Assembly (NCBI GenBank): GCA_041658325.1
Contig: JBBAAI010000001.1
Coordinates: 93,427-152,868, forward strand
DNA from: Minisyncoccota bacterium
GTDB lineage: Bacteria > Patescibacteriota > Minisyncoccia > Phycocordibacterales > UBA9973
DNA length: 59,442 nucleotides
Reading direction: 5' to 3'
Both the position numbers and the translations under genes were made by a program. The notes beneath the pieces are model-generated. The model was given only the letters and a program-made list of their open reading frames with translations. It made no database searches and had not been told where the DNA came from. This document shows, in pieces, positions 36,535 to 45,398 of this stretch; position 1 is the stretch's first letter; every line of letters starts with the position of its first letter.

Positions 36535-38127
36535 CTATTTTCTCCCGACTCCGTGTTTGGTGTGTAATTTTTCTACTTCCTTGTCCTCTAGTTCCTCTTT
36601 TTTTTCTTTTCCACGCTCGCCGAGAGTACGAAGTTCTTCGTCGCCTAGCATATTTAGTGATTTCACAAGTTCTGAGAGATGCTCTATGGTATTTTTTTCT
36701 GGAGCATCTAAGATTTCTTCTAATAATGCATGCAAAATCCAGCCCATTCGAGGTCCAGGGGCTATTTTAAGCTCTTTTTGCATATATTCCCCATTGATTT
36801 TGAGTTGTCCGACAGAAATCGGATCTCTCAAGGACTCCTCTATCATTGCGAAATATTTTCGCAAACGATACGGCGCTTCTTTTTTCTTCATCCCCACTCT
36901 GTCGCACTCACGGACATTCATCAAGGACCAAATATTTTCTTTACCTACTTTGTTGATAATTCTTCGCACCGCAGAGAGAGTAATTAATTCTGTATCAGAA
37001 AAAAACATATGTGAATAAATTAATTTTTCCACAAGATCAATTTCTTTTTTCGGAAATTTTAATCGCTCCATTATTTTTTTTGTCATCCGCGCGCCGACAA
37101 CTTCGTGGCCGTAAAAAGTAAATTTCTTTTTGCGCAAGGCTGAACCTGTGTGCTTTTGTGAATGGTCTGGTTGAGCCGAGCTTGGCGACCCGAGGACCTG
37201 AGCAGAAGCACCTGGCGAGGCCCTTCTAGCTCTTGGCTTGCCAATGTCATGAAAAAGGGCAGAAAGCCTTATCTCTAAAGGCCAATTCTTATTCGCGGCA
37301 TGTTGCACCGCGTGAAGTAAGTGATTCCAAACATCATAAATATGTTCGCCTGATTGTTCACAATTAATCCCCTCTTCTAATTCCGGAATTATATTTTTTA
37401 GTAAGTTATATTTTTGCAACATTACGATTCCAACGCCCGGATTTTCTGACATAATTATTTTTATAAACTCATCACGAATTCTTTCGGCAGATATTTTTTT
37501 TATTAAATTTGAATTTTTCAAAATACTTTCCGTTGTTTCATACGACACAGAAAAACCGAGCTGGCAAGCAAAACGGACAGCGCGCAACATTCGGAGCGCA
37601 TCTTCGGCAAATCTTTCATCGGGGCTTCCAACTGCTTTTAACATCTTGTCCTTAATGTCCTTTATCCCATCAAATAGATCTACAAGATGTCCTTTAGAAT
37701 CTAAAGCTAGCGCATTGACTGTAAAATCACGTCTTTTAAGGTCATCTTCCAGCTTATCGCTGAATTTAACCTCATCTGGGTGTCTAAAATCACTATATTT
37801 TGCCTCAATTCTATAAGGAGTTACTTCTATTTGCCGTAATGTTTCACGAGAAACATCCTCCTGAATAACAAGCACTGTCCCGAAGGTGTTCTCATAAACC
37901 GTTTTTTCAAAAAGACCGATAATTTGCTCTGGCTTAGCATTTGTGGTGATATCCCAGTCTTTTGGATCTTTTTCTCCTTCAACTTCGTTCAGGATCTGCG
38001 ACATTAAAAGATCGCGGACACATCCTCCGACTAAGTATGCTTCAAAGCCAGCCTTCTCGAGCGTCGTTGTTACATGTGAAACTTCTTTAGGAATTTTTGC
38101 TATTAAATTTTTAGTGTTTTGTTCCAA
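36535..38127 (-). CDS. cca: CCA-adding enzyme / poly(A) polymerase-family nucleotidyltransferase with an HD domain and an in-frame insertion
   Basis: AYLVGGCVRDLL, DWDITT, RDFTVNALA, HD motif LFHDIGKP...FYGHE. The tracked ATG (38163) overlaps a tRNA gene, so the start was tentatively moved to the in-frame TTG at 38127. Confidence 0.8.
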   Translation of the reverse strand: MEQNTKNLIAKIPKEVSHVTTTLEKAGFEAYLVGGCVRDLLMSQILNEVEGEKDPKDWDITTNAKPEQIIGLFEKTVYENTFGTVLVIQEDVSRETLRQIEVTPYRIEAKYSDFRHPDEVKFSDKLEDDLKRRDFTVNALALDSKGHLVDLFDGIKDIKDKMLKAVGSPDERFAEDALRMLRAVRFACQLGFSVSYETTESILKNSNLIKKISAERIRDEFIKIIMSENPGVGIVMLQKYNLLKNIIPELEEGINCEQSGEHIYDVWNHLLHAVQHAANKNWPLEIRLSALFHDIGKPRARRASPGASAQVLGSPSSAQPDHSQKHTGSALRKKKFTFYGHEVVGARMTKKIMERLKFPKKEIDLVEKLIYSHMFFSDTELITLSAVRRIINKVGKENIWSLMNVRECDRVGMKKKEAPYRLRKYFAMIEESLRDPISVGQLKINGEYMQKELKIAPGPRMGWILHALLEEILDAPEKNTIEHLSELVKSLNMLGDEELRTLGERGKEKKEELEDKEVEKLHTKHGVGRK

Positions 38128-38136
38128 TTTGTTTTG

Positions 38137-38208
38137 TGCACTCGGGGGGATTCGAACCCTCAATAATAGTTCCGAAGACTATTGTGATATCCATTTCACT
38201 ACGAGTGC
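38137..38208 (-). tRNA. tRNA-Arg (anticodon TCG)
   Basis: Hand-folded cloverleaf: acceptor GCACTCG/CGAGTGC, D stem GTGA/TCAC, anticodon stem ATAGT/ACTAT with loop CTTCGGA, T loop TTCGAAT. There is one A-C mismatch in the T stem and no encoded CCA. Confidence 0.75.
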
Positions 38209-38360
38209 AAAATTATTTATTAATACTGATATTTTACACTATTATTAAAATATAGGCAAATAATCCTTATTTTATAAGCCAATTTTACAATTGCATTAAT
38301 ATAAATTAAATATTATAATTAAGAAACATTTTTGTTTGATTATAATACATAAAGAACGTT

Positions 38361-38431
38361 GCGGTTATGGTTTAGTGGTAGAACACGTCCTTGCCAAGGA
38401 TGAGACGGGAGTTCGATTCTCCCTAGCCGCA
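38361..38431 (+). tRNA. tRNA-Gly (anticodon GCC)
   Basis: Acceptor GCGGTTA/TAGCCGC, anticodon loop TTGCCAA, T arm GGGAG-TTCGATT-CTCCC. Confidence 0.85.
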
Positions 38432-38681
38432 CATATTTAATAATTTATTCATGTCCCTTATCAAAAGCTTTGTACTACAAGGATTTAATGAAAAATGTGG
38501 ATAACTATGTGAGTAATGTTTATAAGGGACAAGATAAAAACTGTCTTTTAAAACACGTTTTCTTTAAAATATGTTGAAAAATAAGGATATTTTGATAAAA
38601 GACATAAAAAATTAGTAATTTGTTTCACGTGAAACGTGTTACACATGAAACTAGGAAATATGTTATAAAATAAGCTTATTT

Positions 38682-39092
38682 ATGCCAAAAGTATTTACTT
38701 CAGAAGCCCAGAAAATAGGAAAAATTGGGGAAAATGTAGCAGAAAAGTTTCTCGTGAAACATAGTTTTTCCATATTAGACAGAAATTACACTAAAAAATG
38801 GGGCGAAATAGATATAATTGCAGAAAAAGCTGATAAATTATTCTTTATTGAAGTAAAATCCGTTTCTAAACCAAGCCTAAATATCATTACCCGTGAAACA
38901 TTGGATCAATACCACCCAGAGGATAATATGCATCCGTGGAAATTGAAAAGAATGTCGCGCACAATACAAACTTATCTTTTATCCAAAAAAATACCAGATA
39001 AAAAAGAGTGGCAGGTGGATTTATTGGTTGTGTTTCTTGATATAAAAAACAAAAAAGCTAAAATAAAATTAGTCAAAGATATAATTTTGTGA
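38682..39092 (+). CDS. yraN: YraN-family (UPF0102) endonuclease-like protein
   Basis: GKIGENVAEKFLVKHSFSILDRNYTKKWGEIDIIAEK...LFFIEVKS. Confidence 0.8.
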   Translation: MPKVFTSEAQKIGKIGENVAEKFLVKHSFSILDRNYTKKWGEIDIIAEKADKLFFIEVKSVSKPSLNIITRETLDQYHPEDNMHPWKLKRMSRTIQTYLLSKKIPDKKEWQVDLLVVFLDIKNKKAKIKLVKDIIL

Positions 39093-39124
39093 TATTATTG
39101 CTCATAGTTTTTTACAAATTTTAA

Positions 39125-39195
39125 CGGGCCGTAGTATACCGGTAGTACAAGTGCTTTGGGAGCATTTAGACTGGGTTCAATTCCCAGCGGCCCGA
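39125..39195 (+). tRNA. tRNA-Pro (anticodon TGG)
   Basis: Acceptor CGGGCCG/CGGCCCG, anticodon stem AGTGC/GCATT with loop TTTGGGA, T arm CTGGG-TTCAATT-CCCAG. Confidence 0.8.
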
Positions 39196-39219
39196 CCCCA
39201 GGGGAGTAAAATAAGCATT

Positions 39220-39290
39220 GCGGGATTAGTTTAATGGTAAAACGTCAGTTTTCCAAACTGAGGTTGGGAGTTCGATTCTCCCATCCCGCA
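39220..39290 (+). tRNA. tRNA-Gly (anticodon TCC)
   Basis: Acceptor GCGGGAT/ATCCCGC, anticodon stem TCAGT/ACTGA with loop TTTCCAA, T arm GGGAG-TTCGATT-CTCCC. Confidence 0.85.
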
Positions 39291-39291
39291 C

Positions 39292-40041
39292 ATGATAACA
39301 ACATATCTATATGCGTTTATTGGTGTCAGCGTAGTGAGTATCGTTTCTTTTGTTGGAGTATTTTTACTTGCTCTTGGGGAAGATGAGGTAAAAAAATATG
39401 TTAAATTATTTATCGGCCTAGCCATCGGAGCTCTTTTGGGTGATGCTTTCATTCACTTAATTCCTGAGGTTTTAGAAAAATTTTCAAACAAAACTTTAGC
39501 TAGTATTTTGATTATCGCAGGAATTATAGTTTTTCTTATCATTGAAAAATTTTTACATTGGCATCATCACGAAAACGACATAGGAGAAAATCATATCCAA
39601 CCAGCAGGGAAGTTAATACTTTTTACTGATGGTTTTCATAATTTAATAGACGGCATAATCATTGGGGCAAGCTTCCTTATAAGTACTCCTATAGGAGTAG
39701 CTACCACCTTAGCAGTAATTTTGCATGAAATTCCACAAGAGATAGGGGACTTTGCTGTCCTTATACATTCTGGATACACAGCCAAAAGAGCCTTATTTTT
39801 TAACTTTCTTTCAGCCCTAGCCGCCATTCTCGGAGTTCTTTTGGCTCTAATTTTCGGCAGTGTAGCGGAAATTTTTACTTTATGGATTTTACCTATTTCC
39901 GCTGGTGGATTCATCTATATTGCTCTAGCCGACTTAATCCCAGAACTACAAAAAACAAAAGAGTTAAAACATTCTATCTTTCAAATTCTGACCGTACTTC
40001 TTGGAATTTTAACGATGGTGGCTTTGCTTTGGTTAGAATAA
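39292..40041 (+). CDS. zupT: ZIP-family divalent metal (zinc) transporter
   Basis: HEIPQEIGDFAVLIHSG and HNLIDGIIIG motifs, with a His-rich loop (HWHHHEND). The ATG lies 2 nt after the tRNA-Gly 3' end. Confidence 0.85.
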   Translation: MITTYLYAFIGVSVVSIVSFVGVFLLALGEDEVKKYVKLFIGLAIGALLGDAFIHLIPEVLEKFSNKTLASILIIAGIIVFLIIEKFLHWHHHENDIGENHIQPAGKLILFTDGFHNLIDGIIIGASFLISTPIGVATTLAVILHEIPQEIGDFAVLIHSGYTAKRALFFNFLSALAAILGVLLALIFGSVAEIFTLWILPISAGGFIYIALADLIPELQKTKELKHSIFQILTVLLGILTMVALLWLE

Positions 40042-40053
40042 AACACAGAAATT

Positions 40054-40091
40054 AAAAGAACCCCACGACCTAGGTCGTGGGGTTCTTTTTT
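40054..40091. terminator. Rho-independent terminator (aaaagaaccccacgacc-ta-ggtcgtggggttctttttt) between convergent genes
   Basis: Long near-perfect palindrome with A-run/T-run flanks. Confidence 0.75.
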
Positions 40092-40103
40092 GTTTATCAT
40101 TAT

Positions 40104-41336
40104 TTATTTTGCCCAAGACCAATCTGTTCCTGGGTTTTTAGCATTAAAAATCTCAAAGTGTACATGTGGCCCAGTAGAACGTCCAGAATTTCCCACCAAT
40201 CCAATTACTTCTCCTCGTTCTACTTGTGCACCCATACGAGTAAAAACTTTTGACATATGCGCGTAACGGGTCTTGGTTCCGTTCGGATGCTGTATGTCTA
40301 CTAGATTTCCATATCCTCCGCCACACCTAGACCTTAGTGATCCCTCACCACATCCTGTTTTTACCGCAACGACAACCCCTGGTGCTGAGGCATAAAGATT
40401 TGTGCCCCTAGGGGCTCCTATATCAATACCTCTAAGCCCTGGACCATGCAGACCTTGGGTTTTGTGCCCGGCTGGTAATGGATTTATAAAATACCCAATA
40501 ATGTTTTGGAGCAAACTCTTAGCATAATAATTTTTGTCCTTAACTTCTGTTTCTTTTAAGTTCGGCGCCGGCTTATCACCTCCTTCGTCCATCATTTCTC
40601 CGTCAGGAATGAGAAGTTTATCTCCGATGGACAATTTAGCGTTTTCCGCAAGATCATTATAAAAAGCAATATCACTCACCTCTGCTTTATAAAGTTTAGC
40701 TATACTTTGCATGGTTTGACCCTTAGCAACAGTATGTTCAACACCAGAAATAGGTAAAATGAAAAGAATGTCTCCCTCCATAAGCTTGTCTCCTTTTTTC
40801 ATGTCATTCGCCCAAAGAATGGTGTTTGTAGAAACACCAAACATGTTTGCGATAGAAGAAAGAGAGTCTTTTTTTCTAACCACATACACACTTGTTTCCT
40901 CTAAAGAAGGCAAATCAATGATTTCTTTTCCTCCTGAAACACCCATTGGGCCAGTTGCTGGAAGCATGGCATTATTTGAAACTATATTGATATTTGAATC
41001 AATTTGATCACTTTTGTCTTGTAAAATTGAGACGGAAGAAACATTCGCTTGAAGAAGGGCTATATTCTGAGAATTACTATCGAAAGAAGGTGTTTCTATC
41101 GCGGTTGGGTTAACTTCTGCATAAACTTGATCTCCCACACCAAAAAGGGAAGAGAAAAAACCAGCCTCTGCTTGAACAGGAACAAAAAGGGCCCCTGATA
41201 ACAGGGAAAAGGCTAGAATAGATCTTAATATTTTTAATTTAGGTTTTATAAAACAAACTAAATATCGCAAGATTTCCTTTTCTGCCCTTTTAAATAAGGC
41301 TAGAATTACAGGACGACCAATAGGTTCTGCAAACAA
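40104..41336 (-). CDS. Secreted LysM-domain M23-family peptidoglycan metallopeptidase
   Basis: Two LysM repeats (YVVRKKDSLSSIANMFGVS..., HTVAKGQTMQSIAKLYKAEV...). M23 motifs HGPGLRGIDIGAP and GNSGRSTGPHVHFEI. There is no ATG near the 5' end, so the true start is uncertain (for example TTG at 41270 before the signal peptide). Confidence 0.8.
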   Translation of the reverse strand: MFAEPIGRPVILALFKRAEKEILRYLVCFIKPKLKILRSILAFSLLSGALFVPVQAEAGFFSSLFGVGDQVYAEVNPTAIETPSFDSNSQNIALLQANVSSVSILQDKSDQIDSNINIVSNNAMLPATGPMGVSGGKEIIDLPSLEETSVYVVRKKDSLSSIANMFGVSTNTILWANDMKKGDKLMEGDILFILPISGVEHTVAKGQTMQSIAKLYKAEVSDIAFYNDLAENAKLSIGDKLLIPDGEMMDEGGDKPAPNLKETEVKDKNYYAKSLLQNIIGYFINPLPAGHKTQGLHGPGLRGIDIGAPRGTNLYASAPGVVVAVKTGCGEGSLRSRCGGGYGNLVDIQHPNGTKTRYAHMSKVFTRMGAQVERGEVIGLVGNSGRSTGPHVHFEIFNAKNPGTDWSWAK

Positions 41337-41535
41337 AGGTTCTCACGATGGTTACTGTCAGCTCTATCTTTCGGTCAATTTGCACCATACTTCTCTCCAG
41401 GGCTATGAGATTAAGGATAGCTCAAAATAGCCCAAAAGTCAATCTGACAAGAATCAACTGTGGATAACTGTTTTGGGGGCCAAAATTGCTCTCAGTAATT
41501 AAGGTACTTCGAAAAAGTTGTGTTATATTGAGAAG

Positions 41536-43575
41536 GTGACCATAGACAAACAATACCTAAAAGGCTTAAATAATGAGCAGAGAGAAGCGGCGCTTCACAC
41601 AAAGGGGCCACTCCTTATCGTGGCTGGAGCGGGGGCAGGGAAAACCAAAACTATTACACATCGCATTATAAATCTAATAAAAGAAGGCATCTCTCCAGAT
41701 AAAATCTTAGCTGTAACCTTCACTAACAAAGCGGCAAAGGAAATGAGAGAGCGAATAATGTCGGCTTTAGATAGAGAAAATGCTCGCGAGCGAACCCTTG
41801 GGAGGAGCGACGGCGACGGACAGAGAAAATTTTCAACAGAAAATTTTCGTGGTGAGTCCGAGAGCACTTTCTCTGGATCTTCTGCGCCTTTTGTCAGCAC
41901 TTTTCACTCTTTGGGAGTTTATATCATAAAAGAAAATGCTAGATTGCTAGGATTAACTAGATATTTTACTATTTTAGACGATGGCGATGCGACAACTTTA
42001 ATAAAAAACGTCTTGAAAGAACTAGGAATAGATCCAAAACAATACGATCCAAAAAAAATAAAAAACATAATTTCTAGAGAAAAAGGAAAGTTTGTGCACT
42101 TGTCTGACTACGCAGAAAAAGAAGAGGGCGGGGGAAGTTCTTTGGGGAAAATAGTGGCCCAAGTTTGGAATTTATATGAAAAACAAAAAACAAAAGAAAA
42201 TTCTTTGGATTTTGATGACTTACTTTTGAAGGCGACGAAACTATTGAAAGAAAATAAAGAAATTAGAAAATTTTATCAAGAAAAATGGGATTATATACAC
42301 ATAGACGAATATCAAGACACAAATGAAGTGCAATATTTGATGACTAAATTGCTTTCCGAAAACAATAAAAATATTTGTGTGGTAGGTGATGCAGATCAGA
42401 ATATTTATTCTTGGCGGGGGGCAAACTTGAAAAACATTTTAAATTTTGAGAAAGATTATCCGAATGCAAAAATAATTCTATTAGAACAAAATTATCGCTC
42501 TACTAAAAATATTCTGGAAGCGGCCAACGAAATAATCAAGAAAAATAAATATCGACCAGACAAAAACTTGTTTACTGATAACATAGAGGGTGAAAAAATT
42601 GGATTATATGAGGCATTGGATGAAAACGATGAAGCGGACTATGTTGCAACAAAAATATTAGAAATTTTAGACTCCGCCGGACAAGATGTTGCCATCCTTT
42701 ATCGCGCAAATTTTCAATCTCGCGCACTGGAAGAAGCGATGCTCCGATATAATATTCCATATCAAGTTTTAGGTGTTAAATTTTTTGAAAGAAAAGAAAT
42801 TAAAGATACTCTCGCTTATCTGCGCGCTGCCTTAAACCCCGAAAATCTTTCAGATATAAAAAGAATCATTAATTTTCCGGCTCGAGGTATTGGCAAAGTT
42901 ACTTTGGTAAAAATTTTTGCGAATGCTGTGGAAGATTTACCAATAAAGGTAAGAATAAAAGTAAATAATTTTTATAAAACCCTAGAGGAAATAAAAGAAA
43001 AAATAAAAAATTCAAAAACAAGCGAAGTAATAAAGTTTGTAGTGAAAAAGTCTGGGATTGAAGGAGAACTCAGCAGTGGAGGAGAGGAAGACATAGAAAG
43101 ATTGGAAAATATAAAAGAGCTAGCAACACTCGCGTTAAAATATGATAATTTAGAAAACGGACTGGGAGTGGAAAAGCTTTTAGAAGATGCTTCGCTTGCT
43201 TCGGACCAGGATTCATTAATGATTACAGAAGAAAAAAAAGAAAAGAAAGAAATAAATGCAGTGAAGCTAATGACCGTGCACGCCTCAAAAGGCCTTGAAT
43301 TTAAATATGTTTTCGTCACTGGAATGGAAGATGGCCTCTTCCCTCACAACAAACAAAATGAGGCACAAACAGGCGAAGACAAAGAAGAAGAACGCCGACT
43401 TTTTTATGTAGCGCTTACTCGCGCCAAAGAAAAATTATTTTTATCCTTTGCAAATTTCCGCACTATTTTCGGGGCGCGTAATATAAACGCACCGTCAGAA
43501 TTTATTGGAGATATTCCCACAGATTTATTAGAAAAAGAAGGCGAAGCAAGCGGAATAAAAACAATTTATTTATAA
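41536..43575 (+). CDS. uvrD: UvrD/PcrA-family ATP-dependent DNA helicase with an in-frame insertion
   Basis: LNNEQREAA, AGAGAGKTKTITHRI, TFTNKAAKEMRER, STFHS, DEYQDTN, VGDADQNIYSWRGA, QNYRST, MTVHASKGLEF, RRLFYVALTRAK. The start was placed at GTG 41536, which has a TATATT 6 nt upstream. Confidence 0.9.
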   Translation: MTIDKQYLKGLNNEQREAALHTKGPLLIVAGAGAGKTKTITHRIINLIKEGISPDKILAVTFTNKAAKEMRERIMSALDRENARERTLGRSDGDGQRKFSTENFRGESESTFSGSSAPFVSTFHSLGVYIIKENARLLGLTRYFTILDDGDATTLIKNVLKELGIDPKQYDPKKIKNIISREKGKFVHLSDYAEKEEGGGSSLGKIVAQVWNLYEKQKTKENSLDFDDLLLKATKLLKENKEIRKFYQEKWDYIHIDEYQDTNEVQYLMTKLLSENNKNICVVGDADQNIYSWRGANLKNILNFEKDYPNAKIILLEQNYRSTKNILEAANEIIKKNKYRPDKNLFTDNIEGEKIGLYEALDENDEADYVATKILEILDSAGQDVAILYRANFQSRALEEAMLRYNIPYQVLGVKFFERKEIKDTLAYLRAALNPENLSDIKRIINFPARGIGKVTLVKIFANAVEDLPIKVRIKVNNFYKTLEEIKEKIKNSKTSEVIKFVVKKSGIEGELSSGGEEDIERLENIKELATLALKYDNLENGLGVEKLLEDASLASDQDSLMITEEKKEKKEINAVKLMTVHASKGLEFKYVFVTGMEDGLFPHNKQNEAQTGEDKEEERRLFYVALTRAKEKLFLSFANFRTIFGARNINAPSEFIGDIPTDLLEKEGEASGIKTIYL

Positions 43576-43579
43576 ATAT

Positions 43580-44329
43580 ATGATACATAAAGCAAAAAAA
43601 TCATTAGGTCAGAATTTCTTAAAGTCAGAATTGGCTCTAAAAAAAATTATTGAAGCTGGAGAAATAAAACCCGAAGATATAATTTTAGAAATCGGCCCGG
43701 GAAAAGGCGCACTTACAGAAAAATTATTTGAGCACTCAAATAAAATTATTGCAGTTGAAAAAGATAGGAAACTTTATGAATTTTTAAAAGAAAAATTTTC
43801 TCTACAAATAAAATCAGGGGCCTTGTCGCTTTTAAATCAAGATATTTTGGATCTCAATATCAAAAATGAATATAAAATAATCGCCAACATCCCTTACAAT
43901 ATCACCGGTGCGATTTTGAAAAAATTTCTGACAGCCAAATATCAGCCAGAATGCATGGTGCTTATGGTTCAACACGAGGTGGCCAAAAGGATTATTGCTC
44001 GCGACAAAAAAGAAAGCATTTTATCCATTTCTGTCAAAGCCTACGGAGAACCCAAAATAATAATGAAGGTACCCGCCCGATATTTTTCTCCAGCACCAAA
44101 GGTAGATTCGGCCATAATAAAAATAAACAACATTTCTCGCAAAATTTTTGAAGAAAACAAAGTAAACGAAGAAAAATTTTGGGAAATAGTAAAAACTGGG
44201 TTCGCTCATAAACGAAAAAAACTCAGTAGCAATCTAAAAAAGATAGATAATATTTCTGTGGAAAATCTAAAAAATAAAAGAGCAGAAGACTTGAATCTTT
44301 TAGATTGGTTTAATCTTGCGAAAAACTAA
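43580..44329 (+). CDS. rsmA: 16S rRNA (adenine1518/1519-N6)-dimethyltransferase
   Basis: KKSLGQNFLKSE...ILEIGPGKGALTEKL...IIANIPYNITG. Confidence 0.9.
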   Translation: MIHKAKKSLGQNFLKSELALKKIIEAGEIKPEDIILEIGPGKGALTEKLFEHSNKIIAVEKDRKLYEFLKEKFSLQIKSGALSLLNQDILDLNIKNEYKIIANIPYNITGAILKKFLTAKYQPECMVLMVQHEVAKRIIARDKKESILSISVKAYGEPKIIMKVPARYFSPAPKVDSAIIKINNISRKIFEENKVNEEKFWEIVKTGFAHKRKKLSSNLKKIDNISVENLKNKRAEDLNLLDWFNLAKN

Positions 44330-45295
44330 TTAGCTAGGAGATGATCCTACCATTTTGCCGACAGTGCCCTGAGTAGGAATAGTAACAGTATAAGGACCAA
44401 CTTGGTATCGACAGTTACCATTGCCCGCATAGAATCCAAGTAGGTTTTTTGTATAAGGTATATTATAACTAGCAAACCCTTGTGTCCCCGGAGTATAACT
44501 TAGAAGAACCACGTATGTCGGGGGAAGAGGGGTTATCGTTATCATCCAATTCCCGCTTACTGGACAGTAAAAAGGGAAAATTAAAGTTCCTCCGAATGGC
44601 TCACCCACTGCCGCCTGAGCTACACGCGGGACAATTCCTAAAAAGGATAGGGCCTTTGCTAAAACTTTATCAAAAATAGTTACAGATGATTGCAAAACAT
44701 AGCTCGCGTTTGCTTCATTAACAAGCATTTCTTTAAATTCTTCATTATAATTTATCCTACTACTGGCGACTTCTTCTCTGAGAGAGTCAGCTATAATGGT
44801 CACCTCGTTTTTATTTAACCCCTTTTCTTGCGCCACTAGAACAACGGTTCCAATAAATTGATCTAAATTCGTAAGATCTGGATTTGTGTTATTGGTCTGC
44901 TCTACAGGATCGGGCGCGGTTAGACTACTGGTATTACACTTTTTACCAGTTGTTACGCTGTATCCATAAAAAGAACTGCAGCCTGCTGGATAAACATCCC
45001 CAACCGTTGTGATACTATTAATTATCGTGCGGGTTAGGGGTCCAACTATTCCGTCAGGCAACAATCCATGTCCTGACTGCCAAAACACAACAGAAGCTTT
45101 AGTCATGGGGCCAAATTTACCATCCACTTTTGTTCCGATTCTCTCCTGAAGACATTTTACTTGTTCGCCCGTTGAACCCACTCTTAATGTTGTGGTGATA
45201 GGACAAGAAGGAGAAAATGCGGACGCAGAAAATCCAAAAAACGTCTGTGAAAAAAAGAAGAGAAGAGAAAAAATAAATAAATAAAACAATTTCAT
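44330..45295 (-). CDS. Secreted protein with a peptidoglycan-binding (PG_binding_1-like) domain
   Basis: Signal peptide. LRVGSTGEQVKCLQERIGTKVDGKFGPMTKASVVFWQSGHGLLPDGIVGPLT. Confidence 0.6.
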   Translation of the reverse strand: MKLFYLFIFSLLFFFSQTFFGFSASAFSPSCPITTTLRVGSTGEQVKCLQERIGTKVDGKFGPMTKASVVFWQSGHGLLPDGIVGPLTRTIINSITTVGDVYPAGCSSFYGYSVTTGKKCNTSSLTAPDPVEQTNNTNPDLTNLDQFIGTVVLVAQEKGLNKNEVTIIADSLREEVASSRINYNEEFKEMLVNEANASYVLQSSVTIFDKVLAKALSFLGIVPRVAQAAVGEPFGGTLIFPFYCPVSGNWMITITPLPPTYVVLLSYTPGTQGFASYNIPYTKNLLGFYAGNGNCRYQVGPYTVTIPTQGTVGKMVGSSPS

Positions 45296-45398
45296 TTAAA
45301 TAAAGTATACCACAGCCATAAAATCATACATAGATATCCCCAAAAAACTAGTTTCTTATATAAATAAAGTATATAATTATACTGTTATAAGAATATTT

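Noticed and set aside
38128-38163. ATG 38163 as the start of the CCA-adding enzyme.
   Set aside because: The first 9 codons would overlap the 3' part of a well-folding tRNA-Arg gene on the same strand. An in-frame TTG at 38127, just downstream of the tRNA, is more plausible, although it remains uncertain.
38497-38505. DnaA-box nonamers (TGTGGATAA at ~38497 and ~41461, and the one-mismatch TGTGGATTA at ~3023) as evidence for oriC.
   Set aside because: They are isolated single boxes several kb apart, with no cluster, no AT-rich unwinding element and no dnaA gene. The rnpA-yidC block at the right edge suggests the origin lies beyond the window.
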